Source: Pseudomonadota bacterium (GTDB taxonomy: Bacteria; Pseudomonadota; Alphaproteobacteria; Rhizobiales; CBDHHC01). From it: a DNA stretch of 63,238 nt. Shown piece by piece: positions 29,581-40,008 of the stretch. Position numbers and translations under genes: made by a program. The stretch's first letter is position 1, and the number at the start of each line of letters is the position of its first letter. Below the pieces are notes generated by a model that did no database searches, was not told the DNA's origin, and worked only from the letters and a program-made list of their open reading frames with translations. The stretch lies in contig JBCCCO010000006.1 of the NCBI GenBank assembly GCA_039033475.1, forward strand, positions 1 to 63,238, in the 5' to 3' direction.

Positions 29581-30525
29581 ATGACACCACGGCATCATAA
29601 ACTTATTATTATTGGTTCTGGGCCTGCGGGGTATACCGCTGCGATTTATGCTGCCAGAGCTATGCTTGAGCCTGTTTTAATTCAGGGCATACAACCTGGC
29701 GGGCAGCTAACTATCACCACAGATGTAGAAAATTACCCCGGTTTTGCAGATGTGATACAAGGGCCGTGGTTGATGGAGCAAATGAAGGCCCAGGCAGAGC
29801 ATGTCGGTACTGGTATGGTTACAGACCATATTATTGATATAGATCTCACAGAAAAACCATACACGCTTAAGGGAGATTCTGGACAGGTGTATACCGCTGA
29901 TAGCATTATTATTAGCACTGGAGCGCAAGCGCGCTGGCTCGGTTTGCCTGCCGAGGAGAAATTCAAGGGCTATGGAGTTTCTGCCTGTGCTACATGTGAT
30001 GGTTTCTTTTATCGTAAAAAAACTGTTTTGGTTGTTGGTGGAGGGAACACCGCCGTTGAGGAAGCTTTGTTCCTGACAAATTTTGCCCAAAAGGTTATTT
30101 TGGTGCACCGCAGAGATTCATTGCGGGCCGAAAAGATTTTGCAAGACCGTTTGCTGAAACACGACAAGGTCGATGTAATTTGGGATAGCGTGTTGGAGGA
30201 CATTACTGGTGAAGAAAACCCGCTTAAAGTCCGCGCTGCAAAGCTAAAAAATATCAAAACAGGTGATGTTCATGAGATTGCCGTGGATGGCATCTTTATT
30301 GCCATAGGTCATGCGCCTGCCACAGAATTATTTCAAGGCAAGCTTGATATGAAAGACAATGGCTATATTGTTACGGCACCTGATTCAACAGCAACCAGCA
30401 TTCCTGGCGTTTATGCTGCGGGGGACGTGACCGATGAAATATATCGTCAAGCCGTTACAGCAGCTGGTATGGGATGTATGGCGGCACTAGAAGCCGAGAA
30501 ACACTTGGCCGGCTTAGAGACCTAA
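29581..30525 (+). CDS. trxB: Thioredoxin reductase
   Basis: GSGPAGYTAAIY, SACATCDG, GGGNTAVEEA. Confidence 0.98.
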   Translation: MTPRHHKLIIIGSGPAGYTAAIYAARAMLEPVLIQGIQPGGQLTITTDVENYPGFADVIQGPWLMEQMKAQAEHVGTGMVTDHIIDIDLTEKPYTLKGDSGQVYTADSIIISTGAQARWLGLPAEEKFKGYGVSACATCDGFFYRKKTVLVVGGGNTAVEEALFLTNFAQKVILVHRRDSLRAEKILQDRLLKHDKVDVIWDSVLEDITGEENPLKVRAAKLKNIKTGDVHEIAVDGIFIAIGHAPATELFQGKLDMKDNGYIVTAPDSTATSIPGVYAAGDVTDEIYRQAVTAAGMGCMAALEAEKHLAGLET

Positions 30526-30634
30526 AACATATTTATCATAACCAATAGAGTTATTCCCCATATACGATTGTTTTTGCTAGTATTCAAAATTTGATGCCTT
30601 TTGTACAATAATTAGTTTTTCGGATAGAATAGCA

Positions 30635-31525
30635 ATGGACTGGGATAAACTCCGTATTTTTCATGCGGCTGCTGAAGCTGGAAGCTTTACCCATGCGGGC
30701 GATGCTCTAGATATGAGCCAATCTGCCGTGAGCCGGCAAGTTAGCTCTTTGGAAAAAGAGCTGAATATTATTCTCTTTCATCGACATGCCAGAGGTCTTA
30801 TCCTTACAGAACAAGGGGAGTTGTTATTTCGAACCGCGCATGATGTGTTTACCAAACTGGAAAGTGTAGAAACACGCCTTGCTGATTCCAAAACAAAGCC
30901 GTCGGGAGATTTGCGGGTTACCACAACACTTGGGCTGGGATCGCATTGGCTGACACCGCGGCTGCTGGAATTTACAGATCTCTATCCCGATATCAATCTT
31001 CAGTTATTGCTTAATGACACAGAATTGGATATTGCGATGCGTGAGGCAGATGTTGCGATATGGCTTCGAGAACCAACGCAAAATGATCTTGTCCGGCGTA
31101 AGCTCTTTACTGTGCACCTTCATGTGTATGCTTCAATTTCATACATCAAACGGCATGGAACGCCAAAAACACTCGAAGATTTGGTGAATCATAAATATGT
31201 GACATTTGGCGGAAATATTCCAACACCAATTAAAGACCTCAATTGGTTGGAAGATGTCAATCGTAAGTTTGAGGGTCAAAAACATGCAGCTTTGAGTATT
31301 AACAGTATCTACGGCATACGCCGCGCTGTTAAGTCTGGTATTGGTCTTGGGGTTCTTCCTGATTATTTGGTTGAGGAAGACAATGATATCGTTCCTGTGT
31401 TACAAAATGCAGACGTCCCACAGTTTAATACGTATTTTGTGTATCCTGAAGAGCTGAGAAATCTGAACCGGATTAATATTTTCAGAGATTTTCTATTAAA
31501 AAATGCAAAGGTGTGGTCATTTTGA
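30635..31525 (+). CDS. lsrB: LysR-type regulator, LsrB/VtlR orthologue
   Basis: N-terminus MDWDKLRIFHAAAEAGSFTHA and trxB-lsrB synteny typical of Rhizobiales. Confidence 0.85.
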   Translation: MDWDKLRIFHAAAEAGSFTHAGDALDMSQSAVSRQVSSLEKELNIILFHRHARGLILTEQGELLFRTAHDVFTKLESVETRLADSKTKPSGDLRVTTTLGLGSHWLTPRLLEFTDLYPDINLQLLLNDTELDIAMREADVAIWLREPTQNDLVRRKLFTVHLHVYASISYIKRHGTPKTLEDLVNHKYVTFGGNIPTPIKDLNWLEDVNRKFEGQKHAALSINSIYGIRRAVKSGIGLGVLPDYLVEEDNDIVPVLQNADVPQFNTYFVYPEELRNLNRINIFRDFLLKNAKVWSF

Positions 31526-31545
31526 ATGGTGTTAAGTTGCGTGAC

Positions 31546-31565
31546 GTTATGCATTTTTGCATAAC
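31546..31565. promoter_or_regulatory. Perfect palindromic operator, putative LsrB/VtlR site
   Basis: GTTATGCA-TTTT-TGCATAAC, 20 bp upstream of a -35 box. Confidence 0.65.
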
Positions 31566-31584
31566 TGCTATGCGTTAAACCTAA

Positions 31585-31613
31585 TTGCTCATCTCATTTC
31601 TTTTTACCATAAT
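31585..31613 (+). promoter_or_regulatory. Sigma70-type promoter of the candidate sRNA
   Basis: TTGCTC-17 bp-CATAAT. Confidence 0.6.
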
Positions 31614-31619
31614 CTAAGT

Positions 31620-31766
31620 CTCTGTAATATCACGTGAAGGTATTTTCCTCCTCCCTTGTATCTTCGCTGATTTGACATTTAATTGTTACTTACAGGTACA
31701 CGTTGTAGTTTTACGTGCACAAAAATTTTACAGCCGCCGGGTCATCTTTTTGGCCCGGCTTTTTTT
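31620..31766 (+). ncRNA. Candidate anti-SD sRNA (CCUCCUCCC loop; cuckoo/AbcR-like position)
   Basis: GAAGGTA/TATCTTC hairpin exposing TTTTCCTCCTCCC, a second hairpin and an intrinsic terminator; no ORF in the track; directly downstream of lsrB/vtlR. Confidence 0.7.
31736..31766 (+). terminator. Intrinsic terminator
   Basis: GCCGGGTCA-loop-TGGCCCGGC followed by T7. Confidence 0.85.
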
Positions 31767-31770
31767 GATA

Positions 31771-31989
31771 TTACCCTGTTAGTGCTGTTAAGACCCTGGC
31801 ATACATTCCATCAACAGGATTGCTAATGCTGTATATTGTTCCAATAATGGCACCAGCGATGCCAGCAGCAATAATTGCATATTCTATAGCCGTCGAGCCA
31901 TTTTGGTTGGCCGCAAAAGCCTTTAAAAGATCTGAAAAGTCAGACAATTTATTTTGCAATTTGCTTAACATAGAAAAGCTTTTCATCAT
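31771..31989 (-). CDS. Flp (type IVb/Tad) pilin
   Basis: G|STAIEYAIIAAGIA prepilin/Flp motif, 72 aa. Confidence 0.88.
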   Translation of the reverse strand: MMKSFSMLSKLQNKLSDFSDLLKAFAANQNGSTAIEYAIIAAGIAGAIIGTIYSISNPVDGMYARVLTALTG

Positions 31990-32018
31990 TTGCGTCTATT
32001 AAAACTCAATAGATACTT

Positions 32019-32423
32019 TTATAAAACATCACGTAAAGCAGTCTTTAACGGGTCGTCTGCTGGTGGCATGTCATATTGTTCCAAAGCATTTGGTTTTACC
32101 CATTTCAAGTCTTGACCTTCTTTGGCTAGGATTTCACCATCCCAACATCTACTTATGTAAAGTGGCATCAAAAGGTGAAATTTCTCGTAAGAATAACTGG
32201 CGAATGTCACAGGACTTAAGCATTTTTCATGAACTTCAATGTCAAGCTCTTCCTTAAGTTCTCTGACAATTGCCAGCTCTGGTGTTTCTCCTTTTTCAAT
32301 CTTTCCGCCTGGGAATTCCCACAAACCTGCTAGGGAACGGTTTGGTGGACGTTTTGCAATCAATATTCGATTATCGTCGTCAACAAGCGCACATGCCGAT
32401 ACCAGTAAGATCTCTTTTGCCAT
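32019..32423 (-). CDS. mutT: 8-oxo-dGTP diphosphatase (Nudix)
   Basis: WEFPGGKIEKGETPELAIVRELKEELDI Nudix box; follows argJ. Confidence 0.9.
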   Translation of the reverse strand: MAKEILLVSACALVDDDNRILIAKRPPNRSLAGLWEFPGGKIEKGETPELAIVRELKEELDIEVHEKCLSPVTFASYSYEKFHLLMPLYISRCWDGEILAKEGQDLKWVKPNALEQYDMPPADDPLKTALRDVL

Positions 32424-32497
32424 TCCTTATCTTTCTAATATAAATTTTTTAAATTTTTGAGCGAATATAAGTTAAATTTGCCTATTAGACGTTAACC

Positions 32498-32513
32498 TTA
32501 ATATATCCTTAAC
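32498..32513. promoter_or_regulatory. CtrA box upstream of mutT-Flp pilin
   Basis: TTAA-TATATCC-TTAAC exact consensus, overlapping the argJ stop; extra TTAACC half-site at 32492. Confidence 0.6.
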
Positions 32514-33744
32514 TTCGATAATCTGCGTTGATTGAGATGTAATCGTGGGTTAAATCACAAGTCCATACGGTAAATTTTCCAGTGCCAACGCCTACATCTA
32601 TGAAAATATCCAGGTCCTGATTTTTCATGTAGGCGGCGCCTTGGGCCTCTTCGTACTCTGGATGAACTTCACCTTGAGTGGCCACAAGATGTTCTCCAAA
32701 TCTTATTGACAATTTATCACGGTCTGCTGCTTCACCTGATTTGCCAACTGCCATAACAATGCGTCCCCAATTGGGGTCTTCTCCGGCGAAGGCGGTTTTT
32801 ACTAAAGGTGAGTTGGCAATGGACAGGCCAATTGTGCGCGCGGCCTTGTCATTTTCTGCGCCTGAGACATGGATTGCGATGAATTTGGTTGCACCTTCAC
32901 CATCACGGACGATTTGATGAGCTAAATCACGCATCACAGTGTTCAGAGCACCCGCGAAATCTTGAGCACGGGGATCATCAAGCGCTGTGATTTCTTTGAC
33001 GCCATGTTTTGTCGCCCCCCCAGTGGCAAACACCAGAACAGTATCACTGGTCGAGGTATCTCCATCAACAGTGATGGCATTAAAACTTTGTGCTGTGGCA
33101 GCTTCACACAAGGGCTGCAATACATTGGCTGCGATGGGAGCATCTGTAAAAATAAAGCTAAGCATTGTGGCCATGTCTGGCGCGATCATGCCAGAGCCTT
33201 TTGCAATGCCGTTGATGCGAACTTTGTGTGCATCCATTTTCACGGTATGGTGTGCCAATTTGGGGTAGGTATCGGTAGTCATAATGGCTTGGGCTGCTTC
33301 ATGCCATGTATCTACCTTGAGGTTTTGGTGCAGATCAGAAAGCAAATGGGTGAATTTTTCTGGCTGTAATGGTTCACCAATAACGCCTGTTGAGGCGACA
33401 AAAACCTCTTCAGGTGGACAGCCAACAAGGGATGTGGTTGCAGCTATGGTTTTTTGTACAGCATCCATACCACGCATCCCTGTAAAGGCATTGGCGTTGC
33501 CCGCATTGACAACAAGAGCGCGCGCTTTTTCACCTTGAAGATGTTTTCTACTGATCTCTACTGGTGCAGATGCTGTTCTCGATTTGGTGAAAACACCTGC
33601 AACAGTAGTATGTTGTGGGAAAACGCAGAGCAAGAGATCTTTGCGGCCTTGATAACGAATACCTGCTTCACAAACGGCAAGCCTGACATCTTCAATGGGT
33701 TCAAGTTTTTCATAGGTGTCTGGAGCAAGTGAAGAACGCTTCAT
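32509..33744 (-). CDS. argJ: Bifunctional ornithine acetyltransferase ArgJ
   Basis: KGSGMIAPDMATML autocleavage motif, DGEGATK, DPNWGRI. Confidence 0.98.
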   Translation of the reverse strand: MKRSSLAPDTYEKLEPIEDVRLAVCEAGIRYQGRKDLLLCVFPQHTTVAGVFTKSRTASAPVEISRKHLQGEKARALVVNAGNANAFTGMRGMDAVQKTIAATTSLVGCPPEEVFVASTGVIGEPLQPEKFTHLLSDLHQNLKVDTWHEAAQAIMTTDTYPKLAHHTVKMDAHKVRINGIAKGSGMIAPDMATMLSFIFTDAPIAANVLQPLCEAATAQSFNAITVDGDTSTSDTVLVFATGGATKHGVKEITALDDPRAQDFAGALNTVMRDLAHQIVRDGEGATKFIAIHVSGAENDKAARTIGLSIANSPLVKTAFAGEDPNWGRIVMAVGKSGEAADRDKLSIRFGEHLVATQGEVHPEYEEAQGAAYMKNQDLDIFIDVGVGTGKFTVWTCDLTHDYISINADYRS

Positions 33745-33833
33745 AACCTTTTACACTTTCAAATTTTCTTTTAATTTATAGCTAATATACTTCAGGATGA
33801 TACTGAGAAAAGTATTTATTGAAACACCCACTG

Positions 33834-33921
33834 CGTCATTCCAGCGCCCACTGTTTCATCCCAGCGAAAGCTGGACCCTCAACAGAACCAAAGCGAGATC
33901 CCAGCTTTCGCTGGGATGACG
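33834..33921. repeat. CGTC-tagged REP-like dimer with a partly duplicated left arm
   Basis: CGTCATTCCAGCG..TCATCCCAGCGAAAGCTGG...GAGATCCCAGCTTTCGCTGGGATGACG. Confidence 0.85.
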
Positions 33922-34004
33922 GCAGTTGGCCTTGTATGTAAATTAAGATGGAGTTATTTGCAATCGGATGCGCTATAATCCACTCTTACTTTTTTGACTT
34001 GTTG

Positions 34005-34913
34005 CTATTCCTTCTTCTTTTCTTCTTCTTTCTTTTTTTCCGGTTGAGGCTGAGCGCTGATGCTGCCACGAACTTCCTTCATTTTGCTATCAAGGCCTTT
34101 GTCTAAGATATTGATTTCTGCTTTTTTACGTAATGTTTCCACAGCACTTTGTGCTTTTTGCTGTAAGAGAGAAGCTTTCAGCCGATCTTTGATGGCTTCA
34201 AATTTTGGCAATGGGCGCGTTCTACGCTCTTGCAATTTGATCAGATGCCAGCCAAACTCGGTTTTCACAGGCTCAGACGTTTCACCTTTTTTGAGTTTAA
34301 AAGCAGCCTCTGCAAAGGGGCGAACCATACGATCTTTGGAAAAGAAGCCAAGATCTCCACCTTTTGCTTTACTTGGACCGATCGATTTTTCCGCTGCAAG
34401 TTTCGCAAAATCTGATCCCTTCTTAAGTTGTTCAGAAATTTCTTTTGCTTCTTTTTCAGTTTTTACCAGAATATGGCTTGCGCGGACTTCTTCTTGAGGT
34501 GTTATGGCTTTAATCTGCTGGTTGTAGACTTTTTTTGCTTCCTCGTCTGTTACGGATTGGCGCACATATTTATCAAAATAAATATTACGCAATGCCCGCT
34601 TTTGATAATATTTTAATTGATCTGAAAAATCTTTATCTTGATCAACCTTATTGTCTTTTGCAGCCTGGGATAACAGTTGGTTCTCAATCAGATATTCAAG
34701 CAGAACCAAACGGCGCTGTTGTTCTGGAATATTAGAGATTTCAGAACCGATCTCAATCTGCGCAAAACGGAAATCTTTTTCTGTTATAGATTGACCATTC
34801 ACTTTTGCGATGACTTTGTTTTCGTCTTGTGCTGATGCACTTACAGAAAATGAAATTGCAGAGCAAAGAAGGGATATAAACACTGCAATAGATAAAAATT
34901 TATTTTTTTTCAC
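34005..34913 (-). CDS. Parvulin-type peptidyl-prolyl isomerase (PrsA-like, exported)
   Basis: Signal peptide; RASHILV, GGDLGFF, PVKTEFGWHLIKL. Confidence 0.93.
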   Translation of the reverse strand: MKKNKFLSIAVFISLLCSAISFSVSASAQDENKVIAKVNGQSITEKDFRFAQIEIGSEISNIPEQQRRLVLLEYLIENQLLSQAAKDNKVDQDKDFSDQLKYYQKRALRNIYFDKYVRQSVTDEEAKKVYNQQIKAITPQEEVRASHILVKTEKEAKEISEQLKKGSDFAKLAAEKSIGPSKAKGGDLGFFSKDRMVRPFAEAAFKLKKGETSEPVKTEFGWHLIKLQERRTRPLPKFEAIKDRLKASLLQQKAQSAVETLRKKAEINILDKGLDSKMKEVRGSISAQPQPEKKKEEEKKKE

Positions 34914-35294
34914 TTAAAAAACCTCTTGAGGTTGATGATTACTATCTTGATTTCTAATAAAAAGCCTTTTTTACAAACATGTGCCTTCATACATATTTCT
35001 ATATAAAATGCCAAGTTTAGTTTTAGCTGGGAGCCTTAAGAGAAAAATTCAAGTTTTTTATTGTTTAACTTTGCTCTAATTTATTGCTTCCAAACTCACG
35101 CTTGTGTTGACAACACTATCAGGCCTTCTTAATTGTTTCAGAAATAGTGTTTCTAATTGTTAATTTCATTTTTGCTCGTATGCAAAACTATATGTGACTG
35201 TTTTTAGTGCAACATTCTTGTTCTTAATAGAAGATTGTCCTACGCAGTTTTAAATCACGTTTTTTTACTCATGTTATAATCGGGTTACATCGTT

Positions 35295-38087
35295 ATGGTT
35301 TCACTTGCCGCATTTGCTTCTAAATTGTTTGGGTCTTCCAATGAACGCAAACTTAAAAAATATTATGACCAAGTTGAGACAATCAACGGACTAGAGGCTG
35401 AGCTTGAGGCTTTGTCTGATGAAGCTTTGAGGGCCAGAACGAAGGATTTTCAGCAAAATTTCAAAGATGGACGCTCCTTGGAAGATTTGTTGCCAGCTGC
35501 TTTTGCCACGGTGCGTGAGGGGGCGAAGCGTACACTCGGACAACGTCATTATGATGTGCAGTTGATTGGCGGCATGGTTCTGAATGATGGCACAATTGCT
35601 GAGATGAAAACCGGTGAGGGTAAAACACTTGTTGGCACATTGCCGGTTTATCTCAACGCGCTTACGGGAAATGGGGTTCATGTTGTTACGGTAAATGATT
35701 ATCTGGCAAGCCGTGATGCTGAGTGGATGGGGCAGATTTATAAGTTTCTTGGGCTATCTATCGGCTGTATTCTTCCTGATATGGATCATGAAGAGCGCAA
35801 GGCGCAATATGCCTGTGATATCACTTATGGGACCAATAATGAATTTGGCTTTGATTATTTGCGCGACAATATGGAAGATTCCATTGAGACTATGGTTCAA
35901 CGGGAGCATTATTTCGCTATTGTTGATGAGGTTGATTCCATCTTGATTGATGAGGCCCGTACGCCCCTTATTATCTCTGGTCCTGCTGAAGACCAAACCG
36001 AGCTTTATCAAGCGCTAGATAAGTTTATTCCTGATCTGACTGATGAAGACTTCGAGATTGATGAAAAAACACGTGCTGTGACACTAACTGAGATTGGTAA
36101 TGAGCGTATTGAGCAGATGCTGGACGAAGCAAATATGCTTAAAGGTGACTCATTATATGACTTGGAAAATGTCAGCATTGTGCATCATGTCACTCAGGCT
36201 TTGCGCGCTCACAAGCTGTTTGCAAAAGACCGAGACTATATCGTGAAAAAGGTAAAAGGCCCTGACGGCAAACCTGTGAACTCTGTCGTGATTATTGATG
36301 AGTTTACCGGAAGAACGATGGAGGGACGGCGCTATTCTGAAGGGCTGCACCAGGCTTTAGAAGCAAAAGAACGTGTTCTTATCCAACGGGAAAGCCAAAC
36401 ACTGGCCTCAACAACTTTTCAAAACTATTTTCGCTTGTATAAAAAACTTGCTGGTATGACAGGAACAGCGGCAACAGAAGCAGAAGAGTTTATGGATATT
36501 TATAGCCTTGATGTGGCTGAAATTCCAACCAATTTGCCTGTGGCCCGGATTGATTATGATGATGAAATTTACCGCACTGCCGATGAAAAGCATGATGCAA
36601 TCATTGATTTGATTGTTGCGTGTCAAGACAAGAAACAACCGGTTTTGGTCGGAACGACATCTATTATTAAATCCGAGCTGCTTTCTGAAAAATTAAAAAA
36701 GAAAAAAGTTAAACATGAAGTGCTAAACGCCAAGCAACATGAGCGCGAAGCTTACATCGTTGCGCAAGCAGGTGTGCCTGGGGCTGTTACGATCGCAACC
36801 AATATGGCTGGTCGGGGTACGGATATTCAACTTGGGGGCAATCTGGACATGCGTATTGCTGATGAAACCAAGGATATCAAAGACACAGCTAAAAAAGATA
36901 AAAAAATAGAAGCAATCAAAGCGGATATTGCAGCTAAAAAAGCTCAAGCTTTAGAAGCCGGTGGGCTTTATGTGGTGGCTTCTGAGCGCCATGAAAGCCG
37001 TCGCATTGACAATCAGTTGCGGGGTCGTTCAGGCCGTCAGGGGGATCCAGGAGCCTCCAAATTCTTTCTTTCGCTTGAAGATGATCTCATGCGAATTTTT
37101 GGGTCACAACGTATGGACGGTATGCTGCAAAAACTTGGACTTGAGAAGGGCGAGGCTATTGTTCATTCCTGGATCAACAAGGCGCTTGAAAAAGCACAAC
37201 AAAAGGTGGAAGCACGCAACTTCGAAATCCGCAAGCACGTTCTGAAGTATGATGATGTGATGAATGACCAACGTAAGGTGATTTTTGAACAACGCATCGA
37301 AATTATGGCCGAAGATAACGTTAAAGATCTTGTCTCTGATATGCGTCACGAGGTTGTAGAGAATTTGGTTAGTGCTGCCATTCCTGAAAAGGCCTATGCG
37401 GAACAATGGGATGTTGAAAGCTTACAGACTTCTATAGAAGATATTTTTGGTTTGGATTTGCCCATAGCAGATTGGGCTAAAGAAGAAGGCATAGCCGAAG
37501 CTGAAATTTTAGATCGCCTGCGACAAGAAACAGATACGGCTGCGGCTAAGAAAGCAACGGAACTAACACCTGAGTTAATGCGCCAAGCGGAAAAGACTAT
37601 CTTGTTGTTTAAACTTGATGATCTTTGGCGTGAACATTTGGTCACGTTAGAACATTTGCGTGAGTGGATTCATCTCGTTGGCCATGCACAGGTTGACCCT
37701 CTTAACGAGTATAAGTCACAAAGTTTTTCATTGTTTGAAACAATGCTGTCAAATTTGCGTGTTGAAGTTACCAAAAGTTTGATGCGTGTGCATGTTGCCT
37801 TGGAAGAATATGAGAGAGACCCACATCAAGATATGGATATTGAAGCGTATCATCCTGACCATTATGATGATTACGCGCCCAATGAGATGGCTATGGCGTT
37901 AGATGGGGAAATGAACGGCGTTGCGCATGAACAAGCCGAGCAGCGTATTGAACCCTTGCGTTCACGTACGCCAAATAAGAATATAGACCCCGCAGATCCG
38001 AGCACTTGGGGTAAAGTCGGGCGGAACGATACTTGTCTTTGTGGATCAGGAAAAAAGTTCAAAAGGTGTTGTGGGCGGCTGCTATAA
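35295..38087 (+). CDS. secA: Preprotein translocase ATPase SecA
   Basis: [37 protein letters not shown]-terminal SEC-C motif. Confidence 0.99.
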   Translation: MVSLAAFASKLFGSSNERKLKKYYDQVETINGLEAELEALSDEALRARTKDFQQNFKDGRSLEDLLPAAFATVREGAKRTLGQRHYDVQLIGGMVLNDGTIAEMKTGEGKTLVGTLPVYLNALTGNGVHVVTVNDYLASRDAEWMGQIYKFLGLSIGCILPDMDHEERKAQYACDITYGTNNEFGFDYLRDNMEDSIETMVQREHYFAIVDEVDSILIDEARTPLIISGPAEDQTELYQALDKFIPDLTDEDFEIDEKTRAVTLTEIGNERIEQMLDEANMLKGDSLYDLENVSIVHHVTQALRAHKLFAKDRDYIVKKVKGPDGKPVNSVVIIDEFTGRTMEGRRYSEGLHQALEAKERVLIQRESQTLASTTFQNYFRLYKKLAGMTGTAATEAEEFMDIYSLDVAEIPTNLPVARIDYDDEIYRTADEKHDAIIDLIVACQDKKQPVLVGTTSIIKSELLSEKLKKKKVKHEVLNAKQHEREAYIVAQAGVPGAVTIATNMAGRGTDIQLGGNLDMRIADETKDIKDTAKKDKKIEAIKADIAAKKAQALEAGGLYVVASERHESRRIDNQLRGRSGRQGDPGASKFFLSLEDDLMRIFGSQRMDGMLQKLGLEKGEAIVHSWINKALEKAQQKVEARNFEIRKHVLKYDDVMNDQRKVIFEQRIEIMAEDNVKDLVSDMRHEVVENLVSAAIPEKAYAEQWDVESLQTSIEDIFGLDLPIADWAKEEGIAEAEILDRLRQETDTAAAKKATELTPELMRQAEKTILLFKLDDLWREHLVTLEHLREWIHLVGHAQVDPLNEYKSQSFSLFETMLSNLRVEVTKSLMRVHVALEEYERDPHQDMDIEAYHPDHYDDYAPNEMAMALDGEMNGVAHEQAEQRIEPLRSRTPNKNIDPADPSTWGKVGRNDTCLCGSGKKFKRCCGRLL

Positions 38088-38117
38088 CCTATTACACTGC
38101 GCAAGGGGGATTAAAGA

Positions 38118-38927
38118 TTGCGCGCATTTACATCCAAGATTATCTCACATAGGCATTGGGATATTTGCATCACCAGTCTTATTGTCTTTAATGCTATTCT
38201 TTTAGGTTTGGAGACCAGCCCTAGTATTATGGCTGAAATCGGCCCTGAATTGAAGCAACTTGATAAAATCTGCCTGCTGATTTTTATTTTCGAGATTTGC
38301 CTGCGGGTATTTGTTCATGGCTGGCGCTTTTTTAAGGACCCTTGGTCAATATTTGATTTTTTGATCGTGGCAATTTCGATTTTTCCTGCGGGTGGCAATG
38401 TTTCTGTGCTTCGCGCATTTCGTGTTTTGCGTGCTTTGCGTTTGATAACAGCTGTGCCCTCTATGCGGCGCGTGGTCTCTGGTCTGCTTACTGCTTTGCC
38501 GGGTATGGGGTCAATCACGCTATTGCTTGGGCTTATTTTCTATGTATTTTCCGTTATGGCAACTACGCTTTTTGCGCAAAACTTCCCACAAGAGTTTGGT
38601 ACAATTGGTTTATCTGCATATACACTTTTTCAGATTATGACCCTTGATGCCTGGTCCTCTGAGGTGGTGCGTCCTATGATGGATATTTATCCCTGGGCGA
38701 CAATCTTTTTTATTATATTTATTTTGGTGACCAGTTTTACCGTTCTTAATCTTTTTATTGGGATTATTGTGGAGGCTATGCACTCCCAAAGTATGCAAGA
38801 AGAGCAAACGCTCAAACAGTCTATGGAAACCGATCTACAAACTATTGTGCAAGATCTGAAATATCTTCGTTCTGAGATCAAAGATTTGAAAAGGGAAAAC
38901 AGAGATAAAGTTACAGAGCATACTTGA
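38118..38927 (+). CDS. Bacterial voltage-gated cation channel (BacNav family)
   Basis: 6 TM; S4 RAFRVLRALRL; pore FQIMTLDAWSS; S6 LNLFIGIIV; C-terminal coiled coil. Confidence 0.92.
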   Translation: MRAFTSKIISHRHWDICITSLIVFNAILLGLETSPSIMAEIGPELKQLDKICLLIFIFEICLRVFVHGWRFFKDPWSIFDFLIVAISIFPAGGNVSVLRAFRVLRALRLITAVPSMRRVVSGLLTALPGMGSITLLLGLIFYVFSVMATTLFAQNFPQEFGTIGLSAYTLFQIMTLDAWSSEVVRPMMDIYPWATIFFIIFILVTSFTVLNLFIGIIVEAMHSQSMQEEQTLKQSMETDLQTIVQDLKYLRSEIKDLKRENRDKVTEHT

Positions 38928-38934
38928 TAATCAT

Positions 38935-39375
38935 CTATGTTGATTGCTGTGATTTTGATAAAGACGCATATTGCATCCAATATTGAAAGAAAATCTTGCC
39001 AATATTATTTTCCTGATCAAAAAATTTATCTTTTTTAATGACTGAATTTGCCCCGCATGAATATGCTTTTTTGAGCAGATCTTCATTATCTGTTGTCGTT
39101 AGAATAATTACTGGAATACGGCTTAACTCTTGTTCCAACTTTACTTTTTTTAAGAATTCATAGCCATTCATCATTGGGATGTTTAAATCTAAAAGAATGA
39201 GGTTGAAAAATAATTCTGTTTGGTGGTGTTTTTGTATTAAGCTTAGTGCTTCTAAACCGTTGCCTGCTGTGTGGAATTCTATTTGGTCTGAATAGTCGCG
39301 GAACGCTGCTTTAATAAGCAATATATGATCTTCATCGTCTTCAACAATAAGGATTTTGAATTTGGAGCCTTGCAC
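38935..39375 (-). CDS. Single-domain response regulator (Rcp1-like)
   Basis: ILIVEDD, LILLDLNIPMMNG, IPVIILTT, AYSCGANS. Confidence 0.88.
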   Translation of the reverse strand: MQGSKFKILIVEDDEDHILLIKAAFRDYSDQIEFHTAGNGLEALSLIQKHHQTELFFNLILLDLNIPMMNGYEFLKKVKLEQELSRIPVIILTTTDNEDLLKKAYSCGANSVIKKDKFFDQENNIGKIFFQYWMQYASLSKSQQST

Positions 39376-39549
39376 AGTGTTATCCTAAGCTATATATTTT
39401 CTTAAACTAAAAAATGATTGCAAATATTTTATAATCTACCTGTGGTAGAATATACATTCTTTTTTTGAATTTTGTTATCGCAAGATAGCCAGCTTGGATT
39501 TTTTAGTAATTAACAAAATGAATTCTATATCACTTGAACTTGTAGCGTT

Positions 39550-40002
39550 ATGAAATTTGATTCAAAAAATGTAGCTGTTGATTTTAATTGGCATTGCCGA
39601 GCAACTTGGAATCGCGCTTCGATCAACACACTTTGGTGTTTGCTTGGGTGTTCTATTGGCGATATGGGAACTATTTTGTTTTTTCAGATTACTGAAATTC
39701 CCTGGCCTACATTGGCTATTATGGTGCTGGCTATTTTTAATGGTTTGCTTACCTCGATTGCGCTTGAGACTTTTATTCTGTCAAAACAAATGGAGCTTAG
39801 GTACGCTTTTAAAACAGCTATTGGGATGTCTTTTCTCTCCATGATCGCAATGGAAGTGGCCATGAACACTGTTGATTATTTGGCAACTGGAGGCGCAAAA
39901 TTAACATGGTGGGTTATTCCTATGATGTTATTTGCCGGATTTATTACCCCATTGCCCTATAACTATTGGCGTCTTAAAGCACTTGGTAAAAGCTGTCATT
40001 AA
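39550..40002 (+). CDS. DUF4396 membrane protein
   Basis: TLWCLLGCSIGD...MEVAMN...AGFITPLPYNYW pattern. Confidence 0.75.
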   Translation: MKFDSKNVAVDFNWHCRATWNRASINTLWCLLGCSIGDMGTILFFQITEIPWPTLAIMVLAIFNGLLTSIALETFILSKQMELRYAFKTAIGMSFLSMIAMEVAMNTVDYLATGGAKLTWWVIPMMLFAGFITPLPYNYWRLKALGKSCH

Positions 40003-40008
40003 TGCATT

